Positions 57,871 to 64,000 of a stretch of DNA of 64,000 bases are shown here, piece by piece. The notes under the pieces were generated by a model. That model saw nothing but the letters and a program-made list of their open reading frames with translations, searched no databases and had not been told where the DNA came from. Each line of letters begins with the position of its first letter. Positions within the stretch are counted from its first letter, which is position 1. Where the stretch lies: positions 60,266 through 124,265 of the IMG/VR virus record IMGVR_UViG_3300014641_000001. One strand, written 5' to 3'. The DNA comes from a virus. Lineage: Duplodnaviria; Caudoviricetes. Both the position numbers and the translations under genes were made by a program.

Positions 57871-58590
57871 TCAGCCAGTGAATTCCCAAGATGGAATAAA
57901 TTCTTTCACAGCTTTAAAATCCTTTGGATTTAAATCATGATAGCTTCCAGAGCAATCAAACTTTCTTTTGACATCACCCCACAAGTTCTGAAAATACAGT
58001 TTGTTATATCTTTTGTATTCCTTTGTGCCTTTTTCGCCAAGTAGTAGGCAAATTCTTTCCTTTGCAAGATTGTACAAAGCTTTTTGCTGTGCTTTATTGA
58101 TGGTTGAATTATCAATCAAAGTTTTAACATTGTCTTTGAGATTCATAACCTCTTGCTTTAGGTCAAGTATTTCCCCTTGTATACCCATGGAATCAAAGAA
58201 TTCCGCTTTCTTCTCTTCTGTTCCCATGAAATAGTCATGAAGAACTTTCTGCGCCTCAAGCTGATAGCGAATAAGCTTTTCCACAACTACTGGATTTTCT
58301 CGCTGCATTGTTGGTGTTAATGGTAACTTTGCAAGCCACAATGTAACGAGATCTTCTTTGATCACAAGTAATTCCTGTTCTCCTCCATTTGTAAGGTGTC
58401 TCATATTTGTGACCCCTTCACTCAACACTAGATCCTCTTGTACATTCATTACTTGACGTCTGGCTTGTGCGTCCGTTAGACCAATGTCACGACATGTTTT
58501 CCTGACAGCCAGCCAAACTTGACCACTCTTGTCTCTGATGCCTAGTAAAGTATCATTATAAAACTGTATTTCTTTTACTTCTAGCTTCAT
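57871..58590 (-). CDS. Phage antirepressor (P22 AR N-terminal + ORF6C-like)
   Basis: V..C..IGL....Q...LWLAK...KL..YQLEA..VL.DYF; C-terminal W.D.K..F...SY.DL...DF. Confidence 0.85.
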   Translation of the reverse strand: MKLEVKEIQFYNDTLLGIRDKSGQVWLAVRKTCRDIGLTDAQARRQVMNVQEDLVLSEGVTNMRHLTNGGEQELLVIKEDLVTLWLAKLPLTPTMQRENPVVVEKLIRYQLEAQKVLHDYFMGTEEKKAEFFDSMGIQGEILDLKQEVMNLKDNVKTLIDNSTINKAQQKALYNLAKERICLLLGEKGTKEYKRYNKLYFQNLWGDVKRKFDCSGSYHDLNPKDFKAVKEFIPSWEFTG

Positions 58591-59259
58591 TGTATTATTC
58601 CTTTCATGAGTTTTTATCTTTAACAGATACTAACGCACACAAAAGCCAATGATTTCAAAATAAGAAAAGCCAATCAATGAAAGATTGTCTAGCAGAGCCT
58701 CCCGTGATGGGTAGTTGTCAAGAGCTTCCAATAATCAACTTGATTTCATACGTCTTGAATATATTTGACTACACGCAATCAGTAATAAGGAATGAAGTAT
58801 ATACAATCCAAGGAGCTGATATATAGTGCCTGGTTTATGTGCGTGGTGTAACTGATAAAACTGTATTACTTCCTATATTAAAGCAAGCCTTACGGCCTTT
58901 ATTCATATTTAACGCTTATTTACTTCTATACCGCTTTTGATCTGCCTCTATGCTGCCATATCAACTCAATATGGTACATAGCCTTATAGCGGTTTAAATC
59001 ATCCTGCCTAACGTCTTCTGGTTTCTTCCTACTATCCTTTACGGTATAGCGTCTACATATTTCATACGTTGCGGATTTATTCTATTTTCAAGGTCGTATA
59101 GGCGGATGCCCTACTCGTGCCACTTCAGCCGAGTGTTTCAAAATGGGAACCATCTAAGAATTATTTTAGAGAAGCGGTTGACAGCGTGTTGCATTGTCAA
59201 TCGGTAAAGATGTTACTAGATTGTAATTCTCTGTTTTTTGGGGAAACTCTCTGCCAGAC

Positions 59260-59365
59260 TTGACAGATTGTAGGAAATGTGATATTCTCAACATGTGAAT
59301 GGTGAGCACATTTCGATGTGTTTCCCTTTGAGGGTGTACGTCTGCAAACGTGCACTCTTTTTTTT
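59260..59365 (+). ncRNA. Candidate short sRNA (promoter plus intrinsic terminator)
   Basis: TTGACA-17-TATTCT with extended TG; hairpin GAGGGTGTACGT/ACGTGCACTCTT followed by a T-run. Confidence 0.5.
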
Positions 59366-59368
59366 GTC

Positions 59369-59494
59369 TTACTCTTTGCAATTCATGAACCAATTTACAA
59401 GGCTCATAATGAAAAGAAAGAGAGAAACCAGGCTTTGTGTTATTGCCAAAAATATCATTGCTAAAATGATGAATATAAGGTTTACATTTTTCAT
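59369..59494 (-). CDS. Small hydrophobic peptide (41 aa)
   Basis: MKNVNLIFIILAMIFLAITQSLVSLFLFIMSLVNWFMNCKE; no clear SD. Confidence 0.4.
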   Translation of the reverse strand: MKNVNLIFIILAMIFLAITQSLVSLFLFIMSLVNWFMNCKE

Positions 59495-59800
59495 ATCATC
59501 TTATATAATTATAATGGAGTTGTGGCGGTGGGTAATTATCCCACAAACCACAATGTTGGTGTTAATTGCCTAAACTTATTAGCTGAATGATAAAATCTGT
59601 TATTACTTTTAGTAGACTCGCTGTTGCTGTTACAACGCTAGCCCATGCTATTAGCAATTTAATTTTATCGCTTGTAGGTTTAGGCTTTTTACTGCCCTTT
59701 CCCATTATGTAGGTTTCCCCTTTCTTAGATTTGAGGTAATAACCTCAGAGCCTAGTCAGGAATTGCACCCGACATAACGCTTGTCGTTTAGGCTTGTTTC

Positions 59801-59953
59801 TTATGAGTAGTAGTTATCAATATGGACTTTAACCTCTTCCATGGTGGTGTAGCCTGATTCAACTATCTCATCAATGATTTGCTCTATATCCTCGTTGTTA
59901 CCTCCAAGAGATATAATATAGGAAGTAATCGCTTGTTTGAATTCGTTTGTCAT
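59801..59953 (-). CDS. First gene of the leftward operon, 50-aa acidic protein
   Basis: MTNEFKQAITSYIISLGG...; SD AAGGAGG; not in the track. Confidence 0.7.
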   Translation of the reverse strand: MTNEFKQAITSYIISLGGNNEDIEQIIDEIVESGYTTMEEVKVHIDNYYS

Positions 59954-60010
59954 GGTGTGACCTCCTTATGTGATACTTGTTTGTGTGTTTCGTATTTCTT
60001 AACTGTCTTT

Positions 60011-60128
60011 ATTATAGCATATACTACATCACTTTGCAAGTGCTTTACACAACATTGTATGTTAGACTTTACATTAAATTGTATGTGTTTTAAATACAAT
60101 TGACAGGTCTTTGATTGAGTGATATAAT
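60011..60128. promoter_or_regulatory. Divergent SigA promoters with two operator-like repeats
   Basis: Minus TTGCAA-17-TATAAT (60039-60011); plus TTGACA-17-TATAAT (60100-60128); CTTTACA-N4-ATTGTATGT at 60043 and 60067. Confidence 0.75.
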
Positions 60129-60159
60129 ATATGACATATTTTTATATGGAGGTACAAAT

Positions 60160-60546
60160 ATGCGACTTATTTGTAATTCAAATACAAAAAGATATACAAT
60201 TGTTAAATTGATTAAAAAGGTTATGATTGACAGAGATATGAAAGTAGTAGACATGGCCCGTAAGATAGACCAGACAGAAAGAAGCGCTGGAAATTTACTT
60301 AACCCAAACTACAGATCAGAGAGCAGTATGACTATTGACCAGCTAGCTATGATATGTGATGCTATGGATTGTAAATTAATAATTGATATTGTACCAAATG
60401 AAAAAGTTAGTGAAAGGGATTTATTGAAACAGCAGTTTATGGATTATCAAAACGAGTATGATGACCAGCTTCCCGAAAGATTGGAATCAGCTCTAAAAAT
60501 AATACGAGAAAATATGAACAAATACAATAACAACGGTGATGAATGA
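60160..60546 (+). CDS. XRE/CI-like HTH regulator
   Basis: MKVVDMARKIDQTERSAGNLLN...MTIDQLAMICDAMDCKL.I; SD GGAGG. Confidence 0.8.
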   Translation: MRLICNSNTKRYTIVKLIKKVMIDRDMKVVDMARKIDQTERSAGNLLNPNYRSESSMTIDQLAMICDAMDCKLIIDIVPNEKVSERDLLKQQFMDYQNEYDDQLPERLESALKIIRENMNKYNNNGDE

Positions 60547-60868
60547 GTATATGTTTGTATATATTAGAGACTCCAACAAAGTTTTGCTTGTATACTAAGA
60601 CGGTTACATTAGAAATTGTTTGCCGTAACGTGTACGTATACATTTAATAATTCTCGCAAACATATACGTATATGTTTTATATTTATTGTTGCACAGACAA
60701 CAAATATTCGAACATACCAGCAATAATTATTGTGTATACAATTCAAATGTACTTATGAATATTTCGTTGTAAAAGCAACAAAATCAGATGCTTTTCATAT
60801 AGTTATTGATACTATATGTCGTTACATACGAATATATAAAAGTGAAGAAATAACAGAAGTTCACTTTT

Positions 60869-61253
60869 TTGCTTGATTTATAAGGCTTTTGTGGGATTCC
60901 TGATGGGTGGGGGTAGGTTTACATTTTAGGAACGATTCCTACCTCTCCAAAAGCTCCTATCATATACATCCACACATAATCTTCCAAATTGATCTCCGAA
61001 TACAAACAATTCACTTTTTCACTTCGGTAGTCACTTCGGGACAATCACCACAAAACCCAGTAAAATCAGCACTTATAAAGTTTTCAGACAATTTAAAATC
61101 TCATCAAAATCCTCGAATATCACCTCTAAAACTCCAAAAACCATTGATTTATCAAGCTTTCCTCGAAGTTTCCTCATTTTTACCAAAATCAACATATTGA
61201 CCACATCAAATATCACCTCTCCAAACTCCATAAATCCCTTATAAATCAATACT
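60869..61253. repeat. Cluster of quasi-palindromic and direct repeats at the strand switch
   Basis: TTGATTTAT(A/C)AAG-type motifs at about 60873, 61052, 61137 and 61232; AATATCACCTCT..AAACTCCA at 61116 and 61209; G-run GGGTGGGGGTAGG at 60905. Confidence 0.6.
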
Positions 61254-61507
61254 TTTCACGAATTCACCGAATCATAAAATACACGTCTGCCGAAGTCATC
61301 ATTTTTCAACAGAAAATAATTATTGAAATATTGGGTCTAAATTGATTCAAAATTAGCAGTCAGTTAAAATGCAACAATCACAAATAAGTAAATGACCAGG
61401 TGAGTAAATAAGCTCGCCTATTTTTAATAAATAAAATTATAAACAGAGAATTTATACATGTAGCCAAACTAATAATAATAAATTTCCAACGAAAGGGGGA
61501 AACACAA

Positions 61508-61702
61508 ATGTCAAATTCAATATTATCAATCGTGCCACAACGGTTCTCATTTGAGAAACCAACACTCACCAACGCAAAAGGTGAAATCATCTCACATGGA
61601 ATAAACATATCAATATCAATAGATGCATTCCAAGCGAATAAAGTTCAATTAAAAAAGGACTTGGCTGCTATCTTTGCAGAAGTCCTTGAATACTTTGATT
61701 AA
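61508..61702 (+). CDS. Hypothetical protein
   Basis: SD AAAGGGGG; followed by a terminator. Confidence 0.65.
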   Translation: MSNSILSIVPQRFSFEKPTLTNAKGEIISHGINISISIDAFQANKVQLKKDLAAIFAEVLEYFD

Positions 61703-61743
61703 TAAAATTAAATACGATATAAATGTCACTAGATCAAACAGAT

Positions 61744-61780
61744 AAATAGACAGGTAAAAATTGCTTGTCTATTTTTTATT
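61744..61780 (+). terminator. Intrinsic terminator
   Basis: AAATAGACAGG/CTTGTCTATTT followed by a T-run. Confidence 0.65.
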
Positions 61781-62448
61781 TGCTCAAATTAGCTTTTGGC
61801 ACAAAAAATCCATTTTAACTTCTGCCCAATAAATTATCACATAACACGTCCAAACCGTAGTCAATAGAACCTATATAGAAATTTCAAATATTGTCAGTAT
61901 GCTCTGTAACGCACCAAAAACAATTTTAAGACGTTTTATCTCTTGCGCGACAATTATATCATTCAATGTGTTTCAAGCCTATATATGGACAAATATGAGC
62001 GTCAAAATGATATGCTCATGACGCTATCTTTGTGTAAATCTACTAAAAATAAAATTCAATCTTTGTATATAATTACCAGACTCTATATTCATCTTGTCCT
62101 TAATCTCGTATTTTTCAATTCTATATATTCCTATATAAATGAAAAATCCTTACTTATTGCAATCTCTTATATCTCATACCCATGGGGGCGTACTTTTACA
62201 TCTAAACAGAGAATCACATATCACACCACTATCTCATCATTTTTATTGGCAATATATTTTTCAGCTTCTATAAGAAAACAACATATTGGATGACATGCGT
62301 AGCATGGAAGCCAACCAACAGGAACAATCGGCACGATTGTGTAAGGCGGTAGTATCACTATTGATTTATAAAAATTATTTCAGAAATAGAGAATTGGCAT
62401 TTAGACACCAATCACAATATGAAATAGCCAATAAGGAGGATAACCAAT

Positions 62449-62682
62449 ATGAAATTTTATGTAAGAGAGCTACCACAAAAACAATATCACTACCAATCAT
62501 CGGATATCTGTTTACCAAGAAACATAACTCCAAAGCCAGGCGACACATATCATGACCACTGGACTGATTACCACATTGACAGAGTTACATATTCTAAAGA
62601 TGGATTATTCGCATATGCCACTAAAACAGAATTACAGAAACGGAGAAGTAATACATGTTACAGGAAGAAGAAAAAAATATAA
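62449..62682 (+). CDS. Hypothetical protein
   Basis: SD AAGGAGG. Confidence 0.6.
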   Translation: MKFYVRELPQKQYHYQSSDICLPRNITPKPGDTYHDHWTDYHIDRVTYSKDGLFAYATKTELQKRRSNTCYRKKKKI

Positions 62683-62873
62683 AGACAACTCAAAAATTAT
62701 AAAAGGAAACGAATAATAGAGGTCTTTCTTTATATTATTACAGTCTTTCTTTATAAAAGGGTGGCTGATTTCGACACCCACAGCAGCATATACTTTTGCT
62801 TATTTTCGGAAAGTATATGTCATCACAACAACATATATGTCGTAAACGGATAATAGTAAAAGGAGAATAAATT

Positions 62874-63749
62874 TTGAGAAATATTAAAACCAGAGAACCA
62901 AAACCAAGAAGAGAAATACCATACGAAAGTGAATCGTTGAAAGACGGATTATTTACTAAGGAAGAACTATTACGTTACGGGTTATCAGATGAGGAAGTGT
63001 CTACAATCCTTGATTATCAGGCACTATTGCCGGTTTTACAAGAAGAAAATGAGAACTGGATTAGTGCAAAATTATTACATGCCCAGTTGAAAGTCGGCAA
63101 AGATTTTTCTGAATGGATAAAGAAACAAATTGATGATATGGACTTACAAGAGTCAATCGACTATAAATTCGATTCCCCTACAAAGGGGTTTCAAACTACA
63201 CGAGGTGGTGACCGACGTTCTATTGATTATTTTCTTAAAGTCTCCACTGCTAAAGAAATCGCCATGGTCGCTGGTTCTAAAGGTGGTCGTACTTCTAAAG
63301 AGTTAAAAGAAATGTCAAAGTTAGTACGTAAATATTTCATTATTATAGAAAAAGCATTCAAAAATCGTGTGAAATGGAATTACAACCGCAAAAATACGCT
63401 TATTAACTGCAAAGAATTACGTGGAGCATTAATTTCTAAAAGAGAAGAATTACTTAATGGTGTTCCAGAGTGGATAACAAGCGGGAATCTGTATTCTATT
63501 GAATTTTCATTATTAAATACTGTAATTATAGGTATGTCAGCGAAACAATACCGTGCCGAAAATAATATTCCTGAAAAAGAACAGATACGTAATCATTTTA
63601 CCAATGACCAACTTGATGACGTTGAACGGCTAGAAAGATATGATGCGCAATTAATTATTTCACAAGAGATTTATTCGTATGAAGAGCGAAAGAAAATTTT
63701 ACAGATTGAATATGAACGAGTAAAAAACAGAAAAACAAAATATGTATAG
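62874..63749 (+). CDS. AntA/AntB-family antirepressor-like protein
   Basis: ISAKLLH..L.VGKDFS.WIK...DY...GGDRRSIDYFL....AKEIAM...VRKYFI. Confidence 0.85.
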   Translation: MRNIKTREPKPRREIPYESESLKDGLFTKEELLRYGLSDEEVSTILDYQALLPVLQEENENWISAKLLHAQLKVGKDFSEWIKKQIDDMDLQESIDYKFDSPTKGFQTTRGGDRRSIDYFLKVSTAKEIAMVAGSKGGRTSKELKEMSKLVRKYFIIIEKAFKNRVKWNYNRKNTLINCKELRGALISKREELLNGVPEWITSGNLYSIEFSLLNTVIIGMSAKQYRAENNIPEKEQIRNHFTNDQLDDVERLERYDAQLIISQEIYSYEERKKILQIEYERVKNRKTKYV

Positions 63750-63782
63750 AGAATATGCAAATGAAAGGTAGGTGAATAAACA

Positions 63783-64000
63783 ATAGATATTCCAGAAAAT
63801 AATAAATCACCAACGGGAGCTGAGATTATACCGGTGGTCCCTCAAATACCAAATCGTTACATAAAGGTTCCAAAAGAGATTATTTTAGCAAACACTTTGC
63901 CAGAACATCGAATTTCAGTACTCACTTATTTGAATTACAACCAAACTTGGGACGAGATGGTACATTACTCTCCCATCTATATGATCCAGTGGTCGGGTTA
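63783..64000 (+). CDS. Hypothetical protein, truncated by the window end
   Basis: Open frame after SD AGGTAGGTG with an ATA start: ...YIKVPKEII...RISVLTYL. Confidence 0.5.
   Translation, partial: MDIPENNKSPTGAEIIPVVPQIPNRYIKVPKEIILANTLPEHRISVLTYLNYNQTWDEMVHYSPIYMIQWSG

Noticed and set aside
799-59573. Many + strand ORFs of 60-134 aa in the track overlapping minus-strand genes
   Set aside because: They are antisense shadows of well-supported genes, with no SD and no protein motifs.
60640-60720. LexA boxes downstream of the XRE gene
   Set aside because: Only half-sites; no complete GAAC-N4-GTTC.
60907-62555. ORFs 60907-61200, 61378-61608, 61943-62293 and 62286-62555
   Set aside because: No SD, atypical composition, and overlap with repeats or better-supported ORFs.

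Overview
The whole window looks like part of a large, AT-rich, SPbeta-like temperate phage or prophage of a Clostridia/Lachnospiraceae-type host (taxonomy is inferred). No host housekeeping genes or virion genes are visible. Positions 1-60 kb are almost entirely minus-strand early/middle genes. They include nucleotide metabolism (class III NrdD, glutaredoxin, guanylate kinase, ThyX-like), two orphan DNA methyltransferases and an NAD-dependent ligase. A core replication block (RecD2, DnaE, RecJ, primase, helicase, loader-like, AAA ATPase, SSB) follows the SPbeta yorF-yorL order. A regulatory cluster holds a sigma/DUF262 fusion under LexA boxes, MazF, an XRE regulator and a tyrosine recombinase, and about 80 small accessory ORFs fill the rest. 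Transcription switches to the + strand at about 60.1 kb. The main finding is an 18-bp palindrome, WTRAAW-N6-WTTYAW (ideal ATGAAA-N6-TTTCAT), at about 55 accessory gene junctions. It usually overlaps or follows a stop codon, precedes the next RBS, has a freely varying 6-bp core, and was not seen at junctions inside the core replication block. With an intact tyrosine recombinase in the middle of the array, this suggests an integron-like phage gene-cassette system (a hypothesis, not shown). Other signals are a probable twister ribozyme, tandem NrdR-box pairs, TCGCGA hairpin leaders on the methyltransferases, antisense sRNA candidates, a long structured non-coding leader and frequent ATT/ATA starts. 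Motif counts were made by eye.
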